From an uncultured virus (IMG/VR IMGVR_UViG_2061766007_000920) (Duplodnaviria > Heunggongvirae > Uroviricota > Caudoviricetes): a stretch of 64,000 nt of DNA. Where the stretch lies: the IMG/VR virus record IMGVR_UViG_2061766007_000920, one strand, 5' to 3'. The position numbers and the translations under genes were made by a program. This document shows, piece after piece, positions 29,527 to 39,594 of the stretch (within the stretch, counting starts at the first letter, position 1; every line of letters starts with the position of its first letter). The notes below the pieces were generated by a model, which saw only the letters and a list, made by a program, of their open reading frames with translations, was not told the origin of the DNA and made no database searches.

Positions 29527-29934
29527 ATGGGGAAACATAAAGAACTTACAAGCAAGGCGACAAAATATTATTTGCCGAAAGAGGATTATTTAACAGCAAT
29601 TCACTACGCTTTAAGATATCCTACACTACTTGCAGAGCTTCCCCCAGCGGATTCAGGTAAGGCAATTGATTACTCAAAAGAAAAGGTTCAATCATCTTCA
29701 TTCTATGATGCAACTTCAGAACTTGCGATCAGGAGACAAGAGGTACTTGCTAAGATCATTCTTATTGAGAACACTATCAAGGAAACGGCGGGGGGATTAG
29801 ATTATTATCTTAAGCTTGCGGTATGCTATGGGCTTACATTCGACCAGCTAATAGCTAAAGGGATGCCAATGTGTCGGCGCTCTTTCTACGAAATGCGAAG
29901 GCACTTTTATTTTGAACTTATCAAAAAATTATAA
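29527..29934 (+). CDS. Late transcriptional activator (ArpU/RinA-like)
   Basis: Last gene of the middle operon; C-terminal HTH-like RRSFYEMRRHFYFEL. Confidence 0.65.
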   Translation: MGKHKELTSKATKYYLPKEDYLTAIHYALRYPTLLAELPPADSGKAIDYSKEKVQSSSFYDATSELAIRRQEVLAKIILIENTIKETAGGLDYYLKLAVCYGLTFDQLIAKGMPMCRRSFYEMRRHFYFELIKKL

Positions 29935-30063
29935 AATAGGACACTCAGGGGAAAACAAAAGCGATATATTAAGTATGCAAGATAAATCAAATTTATCTCC
30001 CCTGAGTTACACATTAGTCCAGTTGAACTAGGTCCACAATGTAATCCTGTACAACAAAGCAGA

Positions 30064-30096
30064 AAAACCACCAGCGTAAAGTTGGTGGTTTTTTAT
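30064..30096 (+). terminator. Terminator-like hairpin
   Basis: AAAACCACCAGC-GTAAA-GTTGGTGGTTTTTT. Confidence 0.6.
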
Positions 30097-30131
30097 TGTA
30101 CCGAGGGGGGTAAAAACATACAGGGGGGCAT

Positions 30132-30485
30132 ATGGCAAAGGGTAGCTACTCAAAAACACCCGCCACCACTAAAAGGCCGGAGAGGTTAAGTGCATTAAGT
30201 GCACAGTATAAAGCAAATAAGAAAATAATTCTTGCAACACAATCTATTTGTGGAATTTGCGGGAAGCCTGTTGATAAGTCAATTAAATATCCTGACCCAA
30301 TGAGCCCGACTATAGATCATATTATTCCCGTGGCTCTTAACGGCGACCCTGTGGCGCTTGAAAACTTACAACTTGCTCATAGATGTTGCAATCGAATGAA
30401 GTCGGATAAAATGCCAAATTTTGACACTAAGGTGGTAGAACAAAATCGCAACCTTCCATTGTCGGCAAATTGGCGAACAGACTAG
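30132..30485 (+). CDS. Packaging-associated HNH endonuclease
   Basis: CGICGKPVD...TIDHIIP...NLQLAHRCCNRMKSD; last gene before genome end. Confidence 0.88.
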   Translation: MAKGSYSKTPATTKRPERLSALSAQYKANKKIILATQSICGICGKPVDKSIKYPDPMSPTIDHIIPVALNGDPVALENLQLAHRCCNRMKSDKMPNFDTKVVEQNRNLPLSANWRTD

Positions 30486-30528
30486 AGAGGATGGGGGGAG
30501 TAACACCAAAACGGATATACGCGGAAGG

Positions 30529-30538
30529 NNNNNNNNNN
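30529..30538. other. Assembly gap / contig join (10 N)
   Basis: Run of N; the right side starts mid-gene in a DUF551 ORF unrelated to the left side. Confidence 0.97.
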
Positions 30539-30740
30539 TCTCAGTAACACCGCAAGAGCCTAGATGGATTCCTGTTACTGAGAAGTTACCCGATAACAGC
30601 GGGCGTTATTGGGTTAATTATAGTTCGGGCTATGTAGGTATAGCGCATTATTATGAGTCGGTTTTAAAGTGGGGTTGTACAACCACCGAAAGAATCGTTG
30701 CATGGATGCCATTACCTAAACCATATAAGGAGGTGAAGGA

Positions 30741-31067
30741 ATGACAAACGAAGAAGTAATAGAAGTTCTCGAAAAAGAAGAAAGTTATATGTTATCACAC
30801 GGCGGCGACAGACAAGCAAAAGCGCTAAGAATAGCAATTAATAAAATAGAACAAGAGTATGAATGGATTCCTGTTACCGAGAAGTTACCAGAAGATAGCC
30901 ACGCGGTACTTGTATGGTGTCCAGAAAGAAAGAATATCTATTGCGCCTACCGCGAAGTAAACCAATGGTGGATATTTGGAGCTTATTTTGAAAAAGTAAC
31001 ATTTAAAGTTATAGCATGGATGCCTTTACCAGAAGCATATAAGGCAGAAAGTGAGGATAAAGGATGA
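30741..31067 (+). CDS. DUF551-domain protein
   Basis: WIPVTEKLPE...VIAWMPLPEAYKAESEDK. Confidence 0.8.
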   Translation: MTNEEVIEVLEKEESYMLSHGGDRQAKALRIAINKIEQEYEWIPVTEKLPEDSHAVLVWCPERKNIYCAYREVNQWWIFGAYFEKVTFKVIAWMPLPEAYKAESEDKG

Positions 31068-31741
31068 CAAGAGAGGAAGCTAGAAATAAGGCACAGACAA
31101 GAGTATGGTGCTATATGAACAAAGGAGATATTGACTACTATTTTGATTTCTATGAATTAACAGTATTAGGTAAAAATGGCAAAAAGAAAGCAAAGCCCAA
31201 TAGAACAGAAAAAGAAAATGCTTTAATCGAATATCTAACCGACAAACTTACAACAGAAGATGAAGGCAAGGCAGAACGTCAGCAGAAAGCATACGAGGAA
31301 AGATGTAAGCACGATGTAGCTATGATTACAGGTACAACAATATGAAAAAGAAAGAAAGCGAGAAAGAGGGATGACAGCAGACGAATTAAACGCAATTAGA
31401 TATTTAACAATAGGCTTGGCTAAAGAGACATTTAAACAAGATTATGAAAGCTTTGGTAAAGAAGATGATGATTACATTAGAGAAAAGTTAGCATTGGATA
31501 ATTACTGTAAAGGCGTAGAAGATGTTTTGAAAATATTAGGAGACATAAAGCAAGAGCAAATACATGATAAGCCATATATAAAAGGTAATTACTATGATGG
31601 TTTTAAAAACGGATTAAGAACAGCAGAATGGAAATATAACAAGATAAGAACAGCAATTAAGAAATTGCCGATTACAGACACAGCAATATGGTTGGTGGAT
31701 GAAATCTTCGATACATACATGGAAGAAAGTGAGAGTAAAAA

Positions 31742-32227
31742 ATGACAGAAATAAACGAATTAGACGAAAGAATATCAGAATTAAAGACATTATATCAAGA
31801 AGCAGAGAGATTAAACTTAAAAGATAAAGCAAATGAGTTACTGGTAGATATAAACTACCTAGAAGAACTACGGGAATTAAGAAATAAACAAGAACTTTGT
31901 GAAGATGCAGTAAGCAAAAAAACGATAGACCAAAATATATATGACTATGCAGAATCAAACGGATTAAGTTATGCAAATTTGAAAAATGCCATATTAGATG
32001 CACCATCGGTGACGCTTACACAAAAGTGGATTCCTGTTACCGAGAAGTTACCAGAAGAATCGGACGATTATCTAATCACTAATATTGCAGGTGATGTGGA
32101 AATGGCATATTTTGCGCATCCAAAAGATTATGCAATAAGTAAAGGCGAGTGGCGTGAAATATGGTACGAAGATGATGTTATAGCTTGGATGCCATTGCCT
32201 AAATCATATAAAAAAAGTGAGGAATAA
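31742..32227 (+). CDS. DUF551-domain protein
   Basis: CEDAVS module; WIPVTEKLPE...VIAWMPLP. Confidence 0.8.
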   Translation: MTEINELDERISELKTLYQEAERLNLKDKANELLVDINYLEELRELRNKQELCEDAVSKKTIDQNIYDYAESNGLSYANLKNAILDAPSVTLTQKWIPVTEKLPEESDDYLITNIAGDVEMAYFAHPKDYAISKGEWREIWYEDDVIAWMPLPKSYKKSEE

Positions 32228-35200
32228 ATATGGGAACAATAAGAAATGAAATGACAATAGTGCATGATTGGGAAAAAGAAAAAATAGAAAAACTAAGAGA
32301 AGATGCTATAAAAGTGTTTAGTGAAGTTATTAAGCAAGATTTAGGAAATGAAGAATATATTGAAAAAATGATAAGTCCAATAATGGAAAGCTATATAAAT
32401 CGAGAATATACTTTCATTATCAACGGCGATTGCTCAAAACTCGGGTGGGACACATCTGAACGATTCCATAAAGCAAGAATGGAGTGGTGCGAAAAGCATA
32501 AGAATACTCCACAAAATATCATAGTAATAAATTTTGGTGAAGATTACGAGCCTAGTTACATAGTATTTGATAACAGAGCAGAGAAATGGAATGAAGAATG
32601 AAGAAATTAAGAATGTACTTTTTAATACTAGGCACAAAGCCATATCGCAAAAGGGTATCATCTGCCGAAGAAGCAAGAATTATGATTGATGCAATATCAA
32701 GTTTTGTAAACGCAAAGGTTGACGAGGGGGTATTCCCAGACCATTGCAGTACAGCAGGACTTGAGGAATACGACGAAGAAGAAAAAGACTGGGTAACATG
32801 GTACGACGAAGAAGGACATGATTTCGACAAGCATTTTGAGAGAAGGTGAATGAATGACAATACAAGAACTATATGATTGGGGAAAAGAAAATAATATGCT
32901 CGATAAAGAAATAAAAGTGCATGATAGTACTGGAAATTTTGGATATTCACAAGAACCAGAAAAATACAAGACAATTTTCAACGAATTTGTAACGCTGTTA
33001 TGGTAAGGAGGACAAAATATGGAAGTAACGTTTATTGACAAGAAAACGGCGAAGTTTGGTGATATGTGTATAGGTGACACGTTCACTACGGGCGGCGACA
33101 CGGTATACATGAAAGTTTGTGCGTGGGGATATAATAACGCAATGCCACTAAACAATGACCATTGTGGAATGGGTAGGACGTTCTATAAAGACGATGAAGT
33201 AATGCCATGCAAAGCAAAATTGACGGTAGAGATGGGGTGAAGGACAAATGGAATATACCGTAAAGCCGATAGTGTGTGATTATGCTGTTATACGTATAGG
33301 TGGAGACGGAATTGTATGCATTTGCAACATTAGAAGAAATGCAGAATTGATAGCGGATATTCTCAATGGTGACAAAGAAAATTCTTGTGCTTATTCTTAT
33401 GACGTATACCCGTATGCAAAATATAAAGTTGTTGAAAAAGAAAAGAAAGTACAAGAAAGAAAGCGAGAATGAATAATGAATTTAGTTAAAATAGACGGTA
33501 TATATTTCAATATAGACAGAGTGGATGGGATATCATTCGGAAGTAAAACAGGAGAAACACATATATTTGTTGGCGGTTCAGAACATCCTTTTGCCGTTAA
33601 AAGGAATATTGATGAAGTAGCGGAAAGAATGGAAATAGCACACAAAAGGTCTTTAAAAGAACAGGAATAAAAGGAGAAAAGAAGTGATTAAGAGAATAAG
33701 ATATGTTATTGTACGAACCGAAGATGAAGCCGTATTTTGTGGGTTTGCTAAAAATTATCAGTTTAAGACATTAGACGAGCTTGGCGACACAGAGATTAAA
33801 ACATATATGTCAGAAGCTAAAGCAAAAGCAAGTTTCCTCAACAGTTGGTGGAATAGTAAGAAAGAAGATTTTGAGAATGGAACATACAAAGCGGTTAAGG
33901 TATTTCAGATTTTAGAAGAAGCTAAAAAAGAAAGCGAGGATAAATAAGATGACTACTGTAAAAGTAATAGCGGGAATTATTATTTACATGATAATTTCAA
34001 TTCTCACAACAATGCTTTTTCTTTATACAGAAAGAAAAGATGGAATGTCTGCGCAGGAAGTTTACGAAGGAGATGATTTTTATGCAAATTGCGTGGCGGG
34101 ATTTTTATTCCCAATTTCCATTACATTGATAGTAATTATGGCGATAAGTAAATTAATAAAAATAATATGTATAACAATTGTTGAATTAAAGATTGCAACA
34201 GAGGAAAAGGATGAGGAAGAAGATAAAACAGAAGTAGAGCAAATTATAGAAGCAGATAAAGAAAGTGAGAATAAAAAAATGAACAATCTTGAAAAGGCAA
34301 AAGAAATAGTAAAAAAATATTATAAAGATGCCGATTGTGGTATTTTCAACAGCAGAAATGTTCTTGGGGATGGAATGATAACAATATATAAAAATGAAAG
34401 CTTAACCATTGATATTTGTTATAACTATGCATACTTCGAGGTATTAGGATTAACAAAAGAAGAGTTTGAGGAACTTGAAAAATATTACGGCTCTTTAGAA
34501 GACAACGAGGATAAATAAATGGAAAAGAAAAAACTAAAAGCAACAACACAAAAAAGTTATTACGGGAAAGCAATAGTAATAGAAGATAAATTCGGAAATA
34601 AAAGACTGAAAAGCTATAAAACAATAGTAGCAGAAATCACAAAAAAGGGGAAATTCAAAAGGCTATGGGAAGGATATAGCCAAACGACAATGAATCATAT
34701 AAATGAATTTAGAAAAGAAAATGGGCTAGAAAAAATCAATGCAAAAGAATGGAAGAACATGCAAGTAGAAAAGGGAGATGAAAAAAGAAAAAGATGGGTA
34801 TATGTTCTAAGAGATACAAAAAAGAAAACAAAAGAAATATTTGAAATGGAACAAAAAAGAAACACTCTAACAAGAGCTTTAAGAAAAGAAAAATACGGAA
34901 ATTTTCTAGCATTAAAAAGCTTTATAGAAATAGCACACAAAGGAGCGAAAATATATTTAAGTGACAACGCAATTCTATCAATAGAGCAAATTTAAGAGGT
35001 GAACAATGAATATAATAACATTACAAGCATTAACAAAAATGTGCTTAAAAGAAATGGATAAAGGAAACGGGAATAAGGTAATAATGGTAAGAAACAATAC
35101 AAAGTTTGGAAATTTCACACCAATATTAGCAGAATTTGAAGATAACAAAGAAGAAATAAACAAAAATATAAAAACAAGCAGTCCAGAAAACTTTATATTA

Positions 35201-35637
35201 CTAGGGTGAAAAATGAGCGAGAAAGAATTTGAAAGATTCATAAAAAGATACAAAGAAACAAAAATAGCAAATAGAATAATGAATATAACGATAAACGTAA
35301 TGATAATACTGTTAATCATAGTAAATATAGAAATATTAATATTATTAAACATGAGGTGAGAATGAGGTTTATAGCGACAAAAGAGGCAATAAATAAACTA
35401 AATGCATACAAAATGACAGAAATGGAAGTAGCACAAGAGCATAAGGCGCTATGGAATATTGAGCATGAAGGAGGGAATATTGGACAAGCAATAATAAATT
35501 TCAAGAACAAAGATTTAATAATAGCACCAGTAGGCAAAAGAACAGCATTGATATATAAATACAAGCAAGAAATAAAGGGTGATTATAGAGCATTGCCAGA
35601 AATAGAATATAACGGGAAAGAATGGAAAACAAAATAA

Positions 35638-35666
35638 TAGACAAAGCGAATATATATTCGTATAAT
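35638..35666 (+). promoter_or_regulatory. sigmaA promoter TAGACA-N17-TATAAT with palindrome CGAATATATATTCG in the spacer
   Basis: Exact 17-bp spacing; 14-bp perfect palindrome at 35647-35660. Confidence 0.7.
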
Positions 35667-35680
35667 AAAAGAGAAGCGAA

Positions 35681-35917
35681 ATGAAAAAAGATGAATGGAT
35701 TTTAAGCAAAGAGCTAGGAAGAATAAGAAAGTATGGAATACATTTTCAAGCGCAAAGAGCGAATGAAACGCAAGCAGGAAATCAAGCGGAATTAAGATAT
35801 GACATAGTAACAGAAAAGACAAGAGAAGTAATAGTGCCGTACTGTACAATAGAGGAAATAATGTCAGTAACACTAGCGCTAGAAAAAGTAATGGAAAGAT
35901 TGAAAGGTAGTGGATAG
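35681..35917 (+). CDS. Hypothetical protein, first gene of FtsK operon
   Basis: 78 aa directly after promoter; overlaps next gene. Confidence 0.6.
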   Translation: MKKDEWILSKELGRIRKYGIHFQAQRANETQAGNQAELRYDIVTEKTREVIVPYCTIEEIMSVTLALEKVMERLKGSG

Positions 35918-36590
35918 ATTGAAGAAAAGACACGAAATATGGATTGCAATAGCAATAGTTTTAATGATGATTAACGTCATATTTGTAATAATCTCATTAC
36001 CAATATTATTAGTCGTATTTATAGATTATAGTTTATGTAAAAGTAAAAAGGAAATAAAAGAAGAAGAAATAATACCAGAAGAAACAAAAAACCCAGAAAT
36101 CATAAGAGCAGTATATGAAGACATAGAAGAAAGAAAACAAAAAGAAAGAGAATATGAAAAAAGTATAGATGTAAGGCAATTTGAAGGAAGAGAAGATGTA
36201 AAAAAAGAAGAGGTAAAAGAATATATATGGCATCATCAAATAGGAGCAGGAAGAAAAGAAATAGAATTAATAATAAAAAAAATAATAAAAGTATGTAATA
36301 TAACAGAAGAAGAAGGAAAAGAAATAATAGCAGAGCATTACTTAAAAGGAAGAGGAGATTGGGAGAACAACGAAGAAAAGAAGATAGAAAGAGAATATAT
36401 AAGAAAAAGAATACGTGAAAAAGAAAATGATTATAAAAAAGTAGATGAAATAATAAAAAAAGTAGAAAGCAAAATAGGAGAAAGCGAAAAAATAACAAAA
36501 GAAATAAGGGATAAGAAGAAAGAAAATGCAACATATGAATACATATTTCATTATGAAGAATGGTTAAAGAAGAGGAAAAAGAATGAATGA
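35910..36590 (+). CDS. Membrane-anchored protein with charged cytoplasmic domain
   Basis: N-terminal hydrophobic stretch IWIAIAIVLMMINVIFVIISLPILLVVFI; overlaps ftsK start. Confidence 0.65.
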   Translation: MDRLKKRHEIWIAIAIVLMMINVIFVIISLPILLVVFIDYSLCKSKKEIKEEEIIPEETKNPEIIRAVYEDIEERKQKEREYEKSIDVRQFEGREDVKKEEVKEYIWHHQIGAGRKEIELIIKKIIKVCNITEEEGKEIIAEHYLKGRGDWENNEEKKIEREYIRKRIREKENDYKKVDEIIKKVESKIGESEKITKEIRDKKKENATYEYIFHYEEWLKKRKKNE

Positions 36591-37899
36591 AAAAGGATTG
36601 ATGAGATTTTCCGTAGGAATGTTCGCACTAGGACAAATGTTAAAGAAAAACGACAACAAAAGAAAAGAACTTTTCAAAAAGAATAACTATTATAATCCGT
36701 TCAGATTACCACAAATGAATCATCCAGTATTCGGGAAATTATTTACAACCACAACAAAAGGAGCAGAAAGAAATAAAAAAGCAAAAGAAACAGCGGAGAA
36801 AATATGCGATGAGATATATAGATTGGAAAACATAGAAATGATACCGCTTTACTATAAAGAAGGCGCAAGCACAATAAAAATAAAAGTAAAACCAATAACA
36901 AACATAAAGAAAAGCTTCAATATACAACGACAAATAAAATACATAGTAGGAAATGAAGAGGCAAGAATATATCCAGAAGGAGATAGAATAACAATAGAAA
37001 TACCAAACAAAGGCAATGCAGTAAGGTTTGGAAATCTAATAAATGACGTGAAATACAAAATAAATCAAAGCAAAACATACGTACCAATAGGAGAGAATAT
37101 AGAAGGAGAAACTGTATTTGGAGACATAAAAGAAATGCCGCATATGCTAGTGGCAGGAGCGACAGGAAGCGGTAAATCAGTGTTTATAAACGGAATAATT
37201 GCATCGCTATTAATAAAAAACACGCCATATGATATGAAAATGATATTGATTGACCCGAAGATGGTAGAGTTTAGAATGTATGCAGAACTTGACTATGTAA
37301 AATACGTAACAGAGATAAAAGAAGCGATAGAAGTATTGAATAGTCTATGTACAGAAATGGATAAGCGATATGACTTAATGGCATCAAAGGGATGTAGAAA
37401 TATAGAAACATACAATGAAAAATACAAAAATGTAAGACTGCCGAAAATACTACTGGTAGTAGACGAGATGGCAGATATGATAATAAACAAAGCACACGGA
37501 AAGGAAGTAGAACGAAACATAATAAGATTAGCGCAGAAAGCAAGAGCATGTGGAATACACATGGTATTAGCGACACAAAGACCATCAAGAGAGGTTGTAA
37601 CAGGTTTGATAAAAGCAAATATTCCATGTAGAGCATGTCTGGCAGTGACTTCAAGAACAGAAAGCATGATTATGTTAGACCAAACAGGAGCAGAAAAATT
37701 GCAAGGACATGGCGACATGCTATTCTTAGACGGAATAAATAATAGAGAGCCAAAAAGATTACAGGCAGGTTTAATAACAGACAATGAGATAAAAAACCTA
37801 GTAATATCACTAGCATTAGACAACCAACCAGAGTATGCAAATAAATTCAATTGGAATAATAAAGCAGAAGAGATAAGAAAGTATTACGGGAAAGCGTGA
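36583..37899 (+). CDS. FtsK/SpoIIIE-family DNA translocase motor (no obvious TM or gamma domain)
   Basis: PHMLVAGATGSGKS, LIDPKMVEF, LVVDEMAD, RLAQKARACGIHMVLATQRPS, GAEKLQGHGDML. Confidence 0.93.
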   Translation: MNEKGLMRFSVGMFALGQMLKKNDNKRKELFKKNNYYNPFRLPQMNHPVFGKLFTTTTKGAERNKKAKETAEKICDEIYRLENIEMIPLYYKEGASTIKIKVKPITNIKKSFNIQRQIKYIVGNEEARIYPEGDRITIEIPNKGNAVRFGNLINDVKYKINQSKTYVPIGENIEGETVFGDIKEMPHMLVAGATGSGKSVFINGIIASLLIKNTPYDMKMILIDPKMVEFRMYAELDYVKYVTEIKEAIEVLNSLCTEMDKRYDLMASKGCRNIETYNEKYKNVRLPKILLVVDEMADMIINKAHGKEVERNIIRLAQKARACGIHMVLATQRPSREVVTGLIKANIPCRACLAVTSRTESMIMLDQTGAEKLQGHGDMLFLDGINNREPKRLQAGLITDNEIKNLVISLALDNQPEYANKFNWNNKAEEIRKYYGKA

Positions 37900-38495
37900 A
37901 TGGAATGAACAAAAAAACATCATGCATAACAGAAGAACAATTTAATAAGATAATAAATATCATATATAACGGAACAAGTAACGGCAAAATAAAGCCATCA
38001 AAAGAAATAGCGCTAATATTAACAATAACAGGAAATTGTGCGCTAAGAATAGGAGATTGCACAAAACTAAAATTAAAATCATTCATAAAAGAAGGAGGAG
38101 AATATAAGTATAACATAATAGAAGAAAAGACAGGTAAATCAAGAACATGTATCATTCCAAAAGAAATATATGGGATGATTAAAGAATATGCAGAGAAAGA
38201 AGGGAAAGGCGAAGAAGAAAATATATTTAGTATAACAGTAAGAGCAATACAATACAAATTAGCAAGCGTAGCAAAATATTTAGGAGAGGATTATGTAAAT
38301 ATAAGCACACATTCATTCAGAAAATGCGCAGGAATGAGAATATACAGGCTAAGCGGAAATGATATAGAGCTAACAAGAAAGTTTCTAAATCATTCATCAG
38401 TAAGCACAACGCAAAGATATCTTGGCGTAAACAATGATGATATAAACAGAATATTAAAATCAAACTACAAGATACCATTTAAGGAGGAAAAATGA
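37896..38495 (+). CDS. Minimal tyrosine recombinase (catalytic domain only)
   Basis: LRIGD, EEKT, THSFRK, LNHSS, TQRYL = R-K-HxxR-H-Y; 199 aa; GTGA overlap with ftsK. Confidence 0.9.
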   Translation: MNGMNKKTSCITEEQFNKIINIIYNGTSNGKIKPSKEIALILTITGNCALRIGDCTKLKLKSFIKEGGEYKYNIIEEKTGKSRTCIIPKEIYGMIKEYAEKEGKGEEENIFSITVRAIQYKLASVAKYLGEDYVNISTHSFRKCAGMRIYRLSGNDIELTRKFLNHSSVSTTQRYLGVNNDDINRILKSNYKIPFKEEK

Positions 38496-38647
38496 GCTAT
38501 ACGGTCAACATAAGAAATAAATACCATAATTTCATAGAAAAGATAGACGAATTTGAAACATACAAAGAAGCAGAGAATTATATTAAAGAATCACACATAG
38601 ATATTGATAATTCATGCGAAGAATTTGAAATAATAGAGGTAGAATAA

Positions 38648-38977
38648 ATGAAAAGATATTTAGGAATAATAACAATAATAATAATGATATTTGCAATGAG
38701 TATTAAAGTCAAAGCCTCATACGAAGAAGAATGGCTTGCAAAAAAGAAAGCACAACAAGAAAAATACATGGAAGAATTGGAGGCAGACGGAAATTTAACG
38801 GAAGAAGCATACAAGTCAATAACAAAAAAGAATGCAAAGAATAAGAAAAGAAATGAAAAGAATATTCAGCAAGAAAATAAAGGCTTAGTGTATGGTGTAG
38901 ATGAATTACATATAACAGGATTACCAACAGACGAAAGAGGTTATACGCAAGCAGGAAATTATGGGGAAATAGACTAA
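38648..38977 (+). CDS. Putative secreted protein
   Basis: Signal peptide ending VKA; 109 aa. Confidence 0.55.
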   Translation: MKRYLGIITIIIMIFAMSIKVKASYEEEWLAKKKAQQEKYMEELEADGNLTEEAYKSITKKNAKNKKRNEKNIQQENKGLVYGVDELHITGLPTDERGYTQAGNYGEID

Positions 38978-39008
38978 AATATCAAGGCAAATAGGATAGG
39001 GAGAAAAG

Positions 39009-39275
39009 ATGATAGATTGGCTATATAAAAACAAAAGGAATGAAAATAAATTCATCGAAGTAAGAAGATATGACGATGGACATTATGTTTGGAAACAATC
39101 AATAAGGCATAAAGCAAAAATAGAAAAGAAATCAAACATAGAAATCGACATATTGAATTATACAGGATGCTCATTAAAAAGATGTAAGAAAGGAGTGTGG
39201 AAAAGACAAAGAAAAGGCGTAATTGATGAAGTATTAAATGATTACAATATTGTAAAAAGCAAAATAGAGGCTTAA
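39009..39275 (+). CDS. Hypothetical protein
   Basis: GGGAG RBS; last + strand gene. Confidence 0.6.
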   Translation: MIDWLYKNKRNENKFIEVRRYDDGHYVWKQSIRHKAKIEKKSNIEIDILNYTGCSLKRCKKGVWKRQRKGVIDEVLNDYNIVKSKIEA

Positions 39276-39294
39276 TTTCAGCCTCTATTTTTTT
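39261..39294. terminator. Bidirectional terminator at convergence point
   Basis: AAAATAGAGGCT-TAATTTC-AGCCTCTATTTTTTT. Confidence 0.7.
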
Positions 39295-39322
39295 AGCATT
39301 GCGCACCAAGGGGTTACTATAA

Positions 39323-39586
39323 TTACTTTTTGAAGTCAAGTGTCTTAGCCTCAACTATGCTCTTAAAAATTTGTCCAAAATCGGAATGCCCTACAATTTC
39401 ATAATCAGTAGTGATTGCTCTAAAACAAAGGACATTGCCATACTCTGTCATAGCAAGTAAAACTTGTTCGTCAGAAGTAAAACCGTAAAACGGAGCGAAG
39501 GCACAGCCCAAAGCATAGCCAAAAATAATGCCAGTCTTGTCTGGCATAAACCTATACCGAACAATATCACCTATTTTATACTCCAT
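39323..39586 (-). CDS. Hypothetical protein
   Basis: GAGGTG RBS right after the tail fibre stop. Confidence 0.6.
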   Translation of the reverse strand: MEYKIGDIVRYRFMPDKTGIIFGYALGCAFAPFYGFTSDEQVLLAMTEYGNVLCFRAITTDYEIVGHSDFGQIFKSIVEAKTLDFKK

Positions 39587-39594
39587 AAATCACC

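Larger units (their letters stand above)
1..30528 (+). mobile_element. Near-complete temperate siphophage genome (phage A), probably opened near its cos/packaging end
   Basis: Complete head-tail-lysis-integrase-switch-replication-late regulator-HNH gene series; intact attP-like region; ends just after the small packaging-type HNH gene. Confidence 0.92.
30539..35637 (+). other. + strand microgene array (~20 ORFs of ~60-190 aa)
   Basis: Abutting ORFs e.g. 31064-31345, 31371-31745, 32230-32601, 32598-32849, 33019-33240, 33248-33472, 33476-33670, 33684-33947, 33949-34518, 34519-34995, 35006-35209, 35356-35637; shared junction motif. Confidence 0.72.

Noticed and set aside
30529..30538. Single 64-kb phage or biological adjacency of the two halves
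   Set aside because: 10-N artificial join; duplicate lysis and tail modules; right side starts mid-gene
34695..38257. Minus-strand Phe/Leu/Ile-rich 'membrane protein' ORFs in the track (e.g. 36100-36534, 37293-37850)
   Set aside because: Shadows of the A-rich + strand genes; no RBS or family motifs
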